Shown here one piece after another: positions 50,589 through 59,307 of a stretch of DNA of 64,000 nucleotides; within the stretch, counting starts at the first letter, position 1, and every line of letters starts with the position of its first letter. The stretch is from assembly GCA_963748815.1 (NCBI GenBank), contig CAVVKJ010000010.1, forward strand, positions 768,001 through 832,000, in the 5' to 3' direction. The stretch comes from an uncultured Gemmatimonadales bacterium (GTDB lineage: Bacteria > Gemmatimonadota > Gemmatimonadetes > Gemmatimonadales > GWC2-71-9). The notes under the pieces are model-generated. The model worked only from the letters and a program-made list of their open reading frames with translations. It ran no database searches and was not told where the DNA came from. The translations under genes were made by a program, and so were the position numbers.

Positions 50589-51389
50589 GCGTCGAGCTCT
50601 GGGGCGCCGGGTGGGAACGCGCCGGCGCGCCGGGCGTACCAGGCGATGCCGGGCTGGGCCGAGAAGCCGTGCAGCAAGACGCTCAGCAGGACGGTGGCCA
50701 GCACGGCGCCCTGGATGGTGGTGTCGCCGGAGGTCCGGAGCTCCCGTTCCACGAACACCAGGCCCAGCACGATGGACGCCAGCCCCCGCGGCCCGAACCA
50801 CCCCATGAAGAGCGTCGTGGAGCGATCCAGCCCCGCCCCGGACATGGCCAGGGCCACCGGCAGCATCCGCACGACGGTCAGGCTCAGCAGTCCGTACACG
50901 AAGAACCTCGGCGTGAGGTCGGTGAGGACCCCGCCGACCGTCAGCCCAAACAGGAAGCACACCGCCAGGTTCAACAACTGGCCCGACTGTTCCGCAAACT
51001 CGGCGGCGTGCTTCCCGGCGGGAGGAAAGAGGAGACGCGCCGCGAGGCCGGCGGCGAAGGCGGCGATGAATATGCTGGCGCCCAGGGGTTCCGCGAGCGG
51101 TCAGGAGCATGCCGGGGCCGAGGAGCCGGGCCGGCAGGTCGCGCAGCGCGCGGAGGTGGACGAGATCGGTTCGGGTGGCGTCGGTAAAGAGCAGGAGCAC
51201 GAGCCCCGCCTCCGCCACCCAGAGGTAGTGACTCAGCCGGAAGTCCGGATCGATGAGCTGCGGCAGCAGCAGCGGCGCCAGCACCCCGACCAGCGTGAAC
51301 GCGATCGGCGCAGTGGCGACGCGCTCCACCCACCTGGACACGAGCGCGTACCCGAACACCAGCACGGCGAAGGCGAGCAGAAAGGTCAT
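50585..51389 (-). pseudogene. NhaP-like cation:proton antiporter with internal deletion and frameshift ~51097
   Basis: N-part LVLLLFTDA..LPARLLGPGMLLT joins out of frame to LAEPLGASIFIAAFAAG...RMLPV...GWFGPRGLAS; central TM core absent; ~265 codons only. Confidence 0.7.
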
Positions 51390-51849
51390 GGGGAGTCCTG
51401 CCCCTGCCCGCTGCCGCATCTTTGGCCGTACGACAATCATCCGGTTGAGCACGGCGAACAGAAACGCCGTCGACCACCCCGCCATGAGGATGCCGGTGAG
51501 TCCCTCGAACGCGGCCATCTCCTTCCACCGCTGCCGGGAGCACGACGTCGCCAAAACCCACGGTGGTGTAGGTGATGCCGCTGAAGTAGAAGGCCTGGTC
51601 GAAATTCGGAAGCGCACCGACCACGACATACGCGCCGGCCCAGGCCCCGATCTCGGCGAGGTGGGCGAACACGATCGGCACCGCGATGAAGATGAGGAGG
51701 CGCACGCCGGCGCCGTACGTGGGGGTGGCCTGCAACTCCAGCGCAGCATACCACTGATTGAGCCGGCCGATCACCAGGGCGTGGATGACGATCGACAGCA
51801 GGAGCAGCCCGACCGACAGCAGGATGGGGCTCGACGCCAGCGCCCTCAC
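51390..51849 (-). CDS. Small potassium channel family (Ion_trans_2) protein (frameshift ~51537)
   Basis: AHLAEIGAWA, AFYFSGITYTTVGFGDVV, EGLTGILMAGWSTAFLF. Confidence 0.8.
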
Positions 51850-52217
51850 CGGTCGCCGCTCCGGGGCGGAGTCGGCGCAGTGAACGTCGGATCGACGACG
51901 TTGCCGGTGTTCCGCACGCCGGCGGGCTCGAAGAGCAGCACCGAGGCCTCGACATCGGCCGCCGTGCGATGCTCCACGCCGCGGGGCACGATCAGGAATT
52001 CCCCGGGCCCGAGCGTCACCACCCGGTCCCGAAACTCGACGCGAAAGGTGCCCTCGACCCCCAGGAAGAGCTCATCGGCGTCCTCGTGGTGGTGCCACGG
52101 AAAGGTGCCGCAGAACTTGGCGAGCTTCACTTCCTGGCCGTTCAGGGTGCCGACCACCTGCGGGCGCCAGTGTTCGGCGATCGCCGCCAGTTCCTTCGCG
52201 AGAACCACCTTGTGCAT
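51846..52217 (-). CDS. Cupin domain protein
   Basis: HWRPQVVG, FPWHHHEDADELF, VPRGVEHR, NTGN. Confidence 0.9.
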   Translation of the reverse strand: MHKVVLAKELAAIAEHWRPQVVGTLNGQEVKLAKFCGTFPWHHHEDADELFLGVEGTFRVEFRDRVVTLGPGEFLIVPRGVEHRTAADVEASVLLFEPAGVRNTGNVVDPTFTAPTPPRSGDR

Positions 52218-52260
52218 CCCACTTCCCTTCCCCAAACCTGCGTGGTGGCGCCATTCCGGC

Positions 52261-53850
52261 TCACGGTCGCGAGGCGGTGACTTCGATGTCCGCCGACGCC
52301 GCCGCACGGTCCAGGCGCGCCTGCACCTTGGCCGCGCCTGCGGCATCTCCCTCGGCCAGGAGGCTGTTCCGAAGCCCAGCCAGCCCCCAGACGTTTTCCG
52401 GATAGAGTGTCAGGTTCTGCTCGTACACCTGCCGGGCCTCGGCGGGCCGGCCCGCGACCAGGAGCGCCTGGCCAAGTGACGCGCGCACCGGGTGATACCA
52501 GAATGGCGGCTCATTGTAGAGAATGCCATCCTCCAGCGTTGCGGCCGCCTCGAAATGGGTGACCGCCTCGCTCGCGTTGCCTTGGCGGAGCGCGAGCTCC
52601 CCCTGCAGCGCGTGGACGGCGATCTCGAGGATCGTGCGTCCCTCGCCCTCGGGGAGCGTGACGACCTCCCCGCGCAGTTCGGCCAGTTGCCATTCCCCCT
52701 CGGCGAACCGCCCCTTGGCGGCATACGCGACGCCCCGCGCATAGTGCACCAGACCCTTGGCCACGGGAAGTCCGGCCGGTGGCATGGGCTGGGCCAGGAC
52801 CTCCGTCCACTGCCCGAACGTGACAAGCGAGAGTGTGTAATAGGGGATCATGGACTGCATGAACATCACCTCCCGCGCGATCTCCACGGAGACCTTGCCC
52901 GACAGCTGCTCGGCCGCCGCCAGGGCGATGGCACGCTGGCCCGACATCGTGGCGGCGAAGGAGAGGAAGTGATAATTGTGCGGATAATACCCCATCGCGT
53001 AGATGCCGGTCGGCCGCTGGTCCTGGATGAACATTTCGTCGACGTGCACGGCGTGCTGGTTGGCCGTGACGGCATCCGCAAACCGCCCCACCCGAATGTA
53101 GATGTGCGCGGGCATATGGACGATGTGCCCCGCCCCGGGCATCAGCCCGGCGAGCCGCTCCGCGCACGGCACCGCCTTCTCCGGTTCCGCAGCCTCCACG
53201 GCGTGGATGTAGAGGTGACAGGCGCCGGGGTGCTCGGGAAGCTCGGCGATCACTTCCTCCAGCAACGCGAGGATGCCCGGCGTCGCCGGTCGCGGCTCCC
53301 CGGCCGGTGTCCAGTAGAACCACGGGCTCAGGTTCATCAGGGCGTCGGCGGCGAGGGCAGCGGCGTCGGGATCGTCGGGCCAGGCAGCCGCAACCGCCAG
53401 CATCGCCTCCGCGTAGGCGGTGTCCTGCGCGGCGCGTGGGGTCGCGGGCGGGTCCGTGTACCGGACCTGGATCGCGTCGATGTAGGCCCGTTCCCGCGCC
53501 GTGGTGCCCGCGGCCAGCCGAAGCGCCTCGCGCGACGCCTCCCAGGCCGATGCGCCGCCGGTCGAGTCCATCGCGGCGTTGATGTTCGGGCCGGATGCGA
53601 AGGCAATCCCCCACCAGCACATCGCGCACCCTGGATCCGCCGCAAGGGCCGCCCGGAACGATCGGATCGCCTCGGGGTGGTTGAAGGCGTACGTCAGGCG
53701 CATCCCCTGGTCGAAATACGCTTGCGCACGGGGGGACGCCGTGGTGATCGGGACGTGGAGTGAGCCTAGGTCGGCGTAGAGCGGGACGGAGTCGGCGTGG
53801 GAGGGTGCGATCACCATCGAGAGGAGCAGCGGAAGGGTCGGCGCCATCAT
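52261..53850 (-). CDS. Secreted TPR-repeat protein
   Basis: AQAYFDQG..YAFNH.EA, CAMCWWGIA..GPNIN, HPGACHLYIH, GHIVHMPAHIY, YYPHN, EPPFW. Confidence 0.82.
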   Translation of the reverse strand: MMAPTLPLLLSMVIAPSHADSVPLYADLGSLHVPITTASPRAQAYFDQGMRLTYAFNHPEAIRSFRAALAADPGCAMCWWGIAFASGPNINAAMDSTGGASAWEASREALRLAAGTTARERAYIDAIQVRYTDPPATPRAAQDTAYAEAMLAVAAAWPDDPDAAALAADALMNLSPWFYWTPAGEPRPATPGILALLEEVIAELPEHPGACHLYIHAVEAAEPEKAVPCAERLAGLMPGAGHIVHMPAHIYIRVGRFADAVTANQHAVHVDEMFIQDQRPTGIYAMGYYPHNYHFLSFAATMSGQRAIALAAAEQLSGKVSVEIAREVMFMQSMIPYYTLSLVTFGQWTEVLAQPMPPAGLPVAKGLVHYARGVAYAAKGRFAEGEWQLAELRGEVVTLPEGEGRTILEIAVHALQGELALRQGNASEAVTHFEAAATLEDGILYNEPPFWYHPVRASLGQALLVAGRPAEARQVYEQNLTLYPENVWGLAGLRNSLLAEGDAAGAAKVQARLDRAAASADIEVTASRP

Positions 53851-53922
53851 CAAGGCCTCCATGCTTCGCGGGGTGAGCGAGAAATCTGGCAGGGTCTGCC
53901 GGGCTGTCAATCGGCGGCGGGG

Positions 53923-54060
53923 CTATCTCCCTCCCCGTCCCACCGCGCTTGGCTGCACGATCAGGACCGCCACATACGCGGCCAGCAGGACGACCGCGAG
54001 GATGAGGAGCACCCGTTGCCACGTCAGCGCGGACACCGGGGGCAGCCGGAGGGGGGTCAC
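53923..54060 (-). CDS. Very small single-TM protein (45 aa)
   Basis: GTG right after upstream stop; WQRVLLILAVVLLAAYVAVLIV; below ORF-track size cutoff. Confidence 0.45.
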   Translation of the reverse strand: MTPLRLPPVSALTWQRVLLILAVVLLAAYVAVLIVQPSAVGRGGR

Positions 54061-54061
54061 C

Positions 54062-54307
54062 CTAGCGCCCCTCTCCACGACTTCGCTTGGTTCGGACCTG
54101 CAGCAGCCCCACGGCGATCAATGCGACCGAGGGCCAGAAGGTAAGGAAAGCCAACAGCCCCGGCCCGATTGGATTGGGGTTCGGATCGGGCCAGAGGCCA
54201 ACCGCTGCGGCAAGGATGATGAGGAGCAGCGGGCCGGAACCCACCGCGAAGAGGATGAGGCCCCAGCGAACGAGCCGGTTGGCGAGGTAGGGAGCCCCGG
54301 TGCTCAT
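54062..54307 (-). CDS. Small membrane protein
   Basis: Two TMs joined by WPDPNPNPIGPG; start overlaps upstream stop. Confidence 0.7.
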   Translation of the reverse strand: MSTGAPYLANRLVRWGLILFAVGSGPLLLIILAAAVGLWPDPNPNPIGPGLLAFLTFWPSVALIAVGLLQVRTKRSRGEGR

Positions 54308-54576
54308 TCCACCTCCGCCAACTCAATCTCGAGTCCGCCAAACCGGTGGGCAAGGGCGTTGAATAGCCCGCATCCGAGCGCGGTCGAGGCAAACCCGAAC
54401 CCGGAGAAGAGGAGCGGTTCGAGCAGGATGACACCGGGACTGAAGCCGACCCCTTCAGGGGACACGACGAAGCCGAGGTAGAGAAACGGGAGGGCCAGGA
54501 GGCCGAGCACGAAGTAGAGCAGAGCGATGACGCGGGCGGCGCAGAGCGGATCGACCCGCACGAGACGTTGCCTCAT
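54304..54576 (-). CDS. DUF3566-like membrane protein
   Basis: RVDPL.AARV..LY...; LFNALAHRFGGLEIEL. Confidence 0.65.
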   Translation of the reverse strand: MRQRLVRVDPLCAARVIALLYFVLGLLALPFLYLGFVVSPEGVGFSPGVILLEPLLFSGFGFASTALGCGLFNALAHRFGGLEIELAEVE

Positions 54577-54756
54577 GAGACCTCGGGCAGCCAGTGGGGG
54601 ACTGGAATGAGGTAGCGGTGCAACTTATCGCCAGGGGGCGGTTCGGGCGAGGGGTGGGGACGGTCATCCCATCGTCACCGAATTGTCATCGAGGTGCCAA
54701 CGCTCCTGTGAGGTGGACGTGCCATCGTGGAAGCACCTCTGACCAGGAGTGCGCCC

Positions 54757-55457
54757 ATGTTCGAGATCCTTCCCGCCTCCGCCGCCGGCCGCGAGGCCAC
54801 CACCGGCCACGCCCTCGTCTCGATCACCGCCCACGCGGGCCTCATCGTGGCCGCCGCGCTGCTCACCGCGCAGGTGGCCGGCACGCCCTCGGTCCGTGCA
54901 CCCGTCGAACCCCTCGTCTATATCCCATCCCAATCCGGATCGACGCGTCGGCCCCGATGCCGCCGTCCCTCGGCGCCACCGATGGCCTGGCGCCTCCCGG
55001 TCCGGTCGAGGCGATGATTCCGGCACCGATCGAGGTGCCGGTCGGCGTGGCAGGTACCCCCGGGCTCCCGCCCTCGGGGGCCACCTCCGTCGGGGCCTCT
55101 CCGACAAGTGGGTCGGTGTCAGGCTGGCTGAGTGGACCCGGGCCCTCCGGCGCCTGGCGCGCCGCGGACGTGGATGACCCGGTCAGTGTGCTCGAAGCGG
55201 GGCGGCTGGTCTTTCCCCCTGTGCTGGAGCGCGCAGGAATCACGGGCAGCGTGGTCCTCGAGTTTGTGGTGGATACCCTGGGGCGGGTGGAGGCGTCGAG
55301 CCTGAAGGTGATTTCGGCATCACACCCGGGGTTCGAGGCAGCGGCACTCGAGGCCGCGCTCGAGACGAGGTACCGGGCGGCACGTGCCGGGGGAGCACCG
55401 GTGCGACAGCTGGTGCGGCAGAAGATGGGCTTCGTGGGGCGGACGGCGGGGCGCTAG
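54757..55457 (+). CDS. TonB-like energy transducer (frameshift ~54900)
   Basis: N-terminal TM SITAHAGL, Pro-rich linker, FPPVLERAGITGSVVLEFVVDTLGRVE TonB_C. Confidence 0.8.
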
Positions 55458-56221
55458 TACCTGGCGTCGGCCTCCTGCGCCACCGATTTCAGCATCCACA
55501 CCGTCGCGGCCGGCACGTTGAGCGCCGCGCCGTCCATGAAGGCGAACTCCGAAAGCCCGCGCGGGTCGTGCCCCGTGAGCTTGCCGTAAATGGCGATGGC
55601 GGCCAGGTAGCTGCCGAGGGGCGAGGGATGAAAGTTGTCGGGGCCGTAGAGCCCCACCTGGCCGTCGCGCTGCAGCGCCAGCTGCCAGGCGACTCCCGCC
55701 GGCAGGAAGAGGCCATCGACGGCGTCAGCCGCCTCCTGGTAGGCGATGCGCACCGACTCGAACCCCTGCGCCGAGCCCCCCTGCGGCCAGACCATGAAGA
55801 GGGCGGTCCGTGCCCCAGTGGGGCGGATGATGGAATCGAACATCCGGGTCCAGAGCACCAGCGAGTCGCGATTGATGGGGAGGGTGGTCGGTCCCTGCTG
55901 CAGCACGACGAAGTCCCATCCGCCCCTGCGAATGGCCTCCTCGGCGCCGCTGTGTTCGGTCAGGTGGTCGATCAGGGCGTAGTTGGGTTTGGCGATCATC
56001 TCGACGTACAACGTGTCGCCCCCGGTCAGCGCGACGCCCTTCAGCGTGCCGGGGAGATTGTTGTAGTAGGTGAGGCTGTTGCCGATGAAGAGCACCCGGA
56101 GCGACACCGGGTGCGTGGGCACGGGGGCCGATGCGGGGGCACCGGTGTCCTGGCAGGCCGCGGTGCCGACCAGCGTGCCAATGGCGAGGGCCGCCAGCAT
56201 GGAGGAACGCCAACTGGTCAT
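55454..56221 (-). CDS. SGNH/GDSL-like hydrolase lipoprotein
   Basis: Lipobox GTAAC; VLFIGNSLT, WDFVVLQQG, DNFHPS. Confidence 0.82.
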   Translation of the reverse strand: MTSWRSSMLAALAIGTLVGTAACQDTGAPASAPVPTHPVSLRVLFIGNSLTYYNNLPGTLKGVALTGGDTLYVEMIAKPNYALIDHLTEHSGAEEAIRRGGWDFVVLQQGPTTLPINRDSLVLWTRMFDSIIRPTGARTALFMVWPQGGSAQGFESVRIAYQEAADAVDGLFLPAGVAWQLALQRDGQVGLYGPDNFHPSPLGSYLAAIAIYGKLTGHDPRGLSEFAFMDGAALNVPAATVWMLKSVAQEADARY

Positions 56222-56246
56222 CGTCCCCCCTGAAGAGTGCGGTATG

Positions 56247-56642
56247 CTATCGGAAGAGACCGCGGATTCCGGCGGCCCATCTCGGCGCCACGACGGTGGC
56301 CATCAGCACGAGGCTCCAGACCCTTCCCTGCCGGACGTCGTAGTCGGCCAGGAGTTTCGACCAGGGATGGTGGAAAAGGTAGTGCCCGGCCACAAACTCA
56401 AAGACGACGGTGGTGAGCAGCCAGCACACACCGACCGCCCAAGCCTCACCCGGCGTGGCTGGGCCGATCCAGCGCACGGTGAGCCAGGCGACGAGCAGGA
56501 TGATGAGGGAGAGGGTGACGCTGCTGATCACGTGGCCGCCGTACGCTCCGACGCTCGGCACGAGGAGAAACTGTCGGAACGACCCGTTGGCGATGGCCGC
56601 GAGCATCAGCCCCAGCCAGACGAGCAGGGCGCGGCGCGTCAT
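56247..56642 (-). CDS. Hypothetical membrane protein
   Basis: AIANGSFR, WLLTTVVFEFVAGHY, LLADYD; 4 hydrophobic segments. Confidence 0.75.
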   Translation of the reverse strand: MTRRALLVWLGLMLAAIANGSFRQFLLVPSVGAYGGHVISSVTLSLIILLVAWLTVRWIGPATPGEAWAVGVCWLLTTVVFEFVAGHYLFHHPWSKLLADYDVRQGRVWSLVLMATVVAPRWAAGIRGLFR

Positions 56643-57133
56643 TGCGACGCCGCCCACAGCCGCTTGAGGAGCTGGATCTGCCCGGTGTGATAGGCCTCAT
56701 GCTGGCCCGCGCCGAGGATCGTCTCACCGACGGTCCATTTTCGGTTGCCGACGGGTCGGCGGCCCAACGAGCGCGGATCGATGGCACGGATCGTCGCCGC
56801 GACCTCGCGGTGCGTGGCGCGGACCAGCGCGCGATCCCGCTTCCAGTCGCCGTCGGTGGGGTGGAGAGGCACCGCCGGCCAATCGGCAGGGCTGCGCGGA
56901 AACGGGACGCGTTCGCCGCCCCGAAGCCGCTGCACGATGATGTGATGCCAGTATCCGATGTGGAGCGCGAGCTCCCAGATCGAAGGGCGGCCGACGGCGG
57001 GGCGCCAGGCGGCCGCCTCGATCGACACGCCGCGCAACGCGCCGACGATCGTGGGCCCGCCATGCCAGGCGCCGCGGCCTGGCCGCGGCGCCACGCCTTC
57101 CGCAAGGAGTCGCGCAAGCCGGCCGTCCGTCAT
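56639..57133 (-). CDS. DinB family protein
   Basis: AWHGGP, SIWELALHI.YW, QHEAYHTGQI. Confidence 0.85.
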   Translation of the reverse strand: MTDGRLARLLAEGVAPRPGRGAWHGGPTIVGALRGVSIEAAAWRPAVGRPSIWELALHIGYWHHIIVQRLRGGERVPFPRSPADWPAVPLHPTDGDWKRDRALVRATHREVAATIRAIDPRSLGRRPVGNRKWTVGETILGAGQHEAYHTGQIQLLKRLWAASQ

Positions 57134-57654
57134 GCCGTGCCCCCCGCCCCCACCACCCCGCTCCGCCGCTCGAAGAGCAGCACGTCCCGCCACCGGCCGT
57201 TCATCTGTCCCAGCCGTTCCCGGCGGCCGACGAGCCGATACCCGGCCCGCTCGTGCAGGGTGACGCTGGCAGTGTTCTCGGGGAAGATCCCGGCCTGCAG
57301 GGTCCAGATGCCATTCGCCTCGGAGGCAGCCGTCAGCCCTTCGAGGAGCGCCAAACCGACTCCCTTCCCGCGGGCCGCGGCGGCCACGTAGACCTGCACC
57401 TCCGCCACCCCCCCGTACACGCACCGGTCCGACACCGAACTCAACGCGGCCCAGCCGAGGACGCTGTCTCCCTCGACGGCAACGAGGCGCGAGTGGGGCA
57501 GGTGGCCCCTGTCCCACGCCTCCCAACTCGGCGCGTCGGTGTTGAAGGTGGCGTTCCCGGTGGCGATGCCTTCGCGGTAGATCTGGGCGACGGCGGGGTA
57601 GTCGGCGGGAGTCATGGCCCGAATTCCAGGGCCGACGGCGCGTACGGCGTTCAC
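57130..57654 (-). CDS. GNAT N-acetyltransferase (phosphinothricin/ArsN-like)
   Basis: IYREGIATGNATF, SDRCVYGGVAE, ARGKGVG, IFPENTAS..LH. Confidence 0.88.
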   Translation of the reverse strand: MNAVRAVGPGIRAMTPADYPAVAQIYREGIATGNATFNTDAPSWEAWDRGHLPHSRLVAVEGDSVLGWAALSSVSDRCVYGGVAEVQVYVAAAARGKGVGLALLEGLTAASEANGIWTLQAGIFPENTASVTLHERAGYRLVGRRERLGQMNGRWRDVLLFERRSGVVGAGGTA

Positions 57655-57671
57655 CTCATCCCCTGGTCAAG

Positions 57672-58096
57672 TCAGGCGCCATACCGCGCCACCAGTGCGG
57701 CCCCGACCCCAAGGAGGAACGCGAGCGGGGAGTAGTACCGCGTGTCCATGCGGGCGAAGGCGGTGCCGCGTACCCGCTTGAAGAAGCCGACATACCGGAA
57801 CTCGCCGATGGCGCGGAGGATGAACGCGGCCGAGAGCACCCAGCAGCCGGGCACCACCAGCGCGGTGGGAATCAGGTCGCGGCCGAGCCCGACGCGCTGG
57901 GTGACGAGCAGCGCCGCCACGAAGAGCAGTCCGGCCACGGCAAAGGTCGAGGCCGGTCCGGGCCGAAAGATCGGCGCCCCATCTCCCGTTCGGGGACGGC
58001 GCTCCCCCGCCCCACCTGGATCCCGACCGCCCAGGCGACGTGGAGGAGGCTCAGCACGCAGAAGACCAGTGCCATGCCGAAGGCCAGGAGCGTCAT
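57672..58096 (-). CDS. DUF3995-like membrane protein (frameshift ~57990)
   Basis: LLHVAWAVG; LRAIGEFRYVGFFKRVRGTAFARMDTRYYSPL. Confidence 0.75.
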
Positions 58097-59307
58097 CCGC
58101 CTCCTCCCGCCCCGCCGCCCCCCTGCCCCGCGGCCCCGCCTTCCGTCACCTCCGGGTCCTCGACCGACAGCCGCTGCACCTGCCGCGCCCGCATCATCTT
58201 GATGAAGGGAACGCTGAAGACCGGGTCGAAGTCGGTCCCCGACTTCTCCTCGATGTAGGTGAGCGCCTTTTCCGACGACCAGGCCTCGCGATAGGGGCGG
58301 TTGGTGCAGAGGGCGTCGTAGACGTCACAGACGTGGACCAGGCGGCTGGCGTAGTGGGTGTCGCGGACGAAGTGAAACGACGGATACCCGCCGCCGTTCA
58401 GCATGATGTGATGCTCGTAGGCGACCACCGCGGGCACCTCGAGGCGCACGTCGCGCTCGAGGATCAGCTTGGCGCCCTCCTTCGGGTGCGCCTTCATGAT
58501 GGCGAACTCCTCGTCGGTGAAGCCGCCCGGCTTGATGAGGATTTCGCGCGGGATCTTGACCTTGCCGAGGTCGTGCAGCAGCCCCGACACGCCGAGCACC
58601 CGCAGCTCGCGCCCGCTGAACCCCAGGTACTCGCCGATGGCCATGGCGAGCACCGAGACGTTGGTGGAGTGCGTCGTGGTGTACTGGTCGAACTCCTTGA
58701 GCTGCAGCAGCGGCAGGATGATCTCCGACTGGCTGTGCATGGCGATGGCCAGGGAGCGCACCACCGTCTCCGCCTCGAGGAGGGGGAGCTCCCCGGTGCT
58801 CTGCACGTGGTTGTGCATCCACTGAATCGCCTCGACGTCGTCGCGCAGCGAGTAGGCGATCGTGGCCGTCGCCAGCGTCTCCCGCACCCCCTCGAGGGAA
58901 TCGCCGGTGTCGAGCGCCAGGGTGCCGTAGCGAATGCCGGTGGCGCGCAGGTGGCGCACCTCCGCGGTGTCCATCGCCTCGCCGCGGCTGCGCTGGAAGG
59001 TGTCGCGCAGGAACTGCTCGTAGTCGTCCCGCGTCACGGTGGTGTCGATCTCGAGCCGCTCGATGCCCAGCCCCGCCAGGCGCGTCGCCCAGTCCCACTC
59101 CTTCAGTTCGCGGACGACCCGGCGCTCAAAGACGACGTCGCCCCCGATGAAGGAGAACTTGAGCCGTTCGGTGTCGGTCAGGATGTCCCGGAGCTCCTGG
59201 AACGACTCGTCGAGCGCGCGCTCCCGCGCTGGGTGGCCCTGGTTGTAGAGCCCCATGGTGGCCATGACCTGGCCCAGCGACGTGAGGAACTTGACGGGGC
59301 TGCTCAT
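58093..59307 (-). CDS. HD-GYP domain cyclic dinucleotide phosphodiesterase
   Basis: DQYTTTHSTNV, LLHDLGK, HP, EHH..NGGGYP, DVYDAL..RPYR. Confidence 0.9.
   Translation of the reverse strand: MSSPVKFLTSLGQVMATMGLYNQGHPARERALDESFQELRDILTDTERLKFSFIGGDVVFERRVVRELKEWDWATRLAGLGIERLEIDTTVTRDDYEQFLRDTFQRSRGEAMDTAEVRHLRATGIRYGTLALDTGDSLEGVRETLATATIAYSLRDDVEAIQWMHNHVQSTGELPLLEAETVVRSLAIAMHSQSEIILPLLQLKEFDQYTTTHSTNVSVLAMAIGEYLGFSGRELRVLGVSGLLHDLGKVKIPREILIKPGGFTDEEFAIMKAHPKEGAKLILERDVRLEVPAVVAYEHHIMLNGGGYPSFHFVRDTHYASRLVHVCDVYDALCTNRPYREAWSSEKALTYIEEKSGTDFDPVFSVPFIKMMRARQVQRLSVEDPEVTEGGAAGQGGGGAGGGG

Noticed and set aside
48852..51749. 965-aa ORF as a single giant channel-antiporter-RCK fusion
   Set aside because: Middle (50590-51097) is out-of-frame nonsense; real coding switches frames, so three genes are more parsimonious
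54618..54635. Sigma54-like TGGCGATAAGTTGC on minus strand
   Set aside because: GG-to-GC spacing is 9 nt, not the required 10
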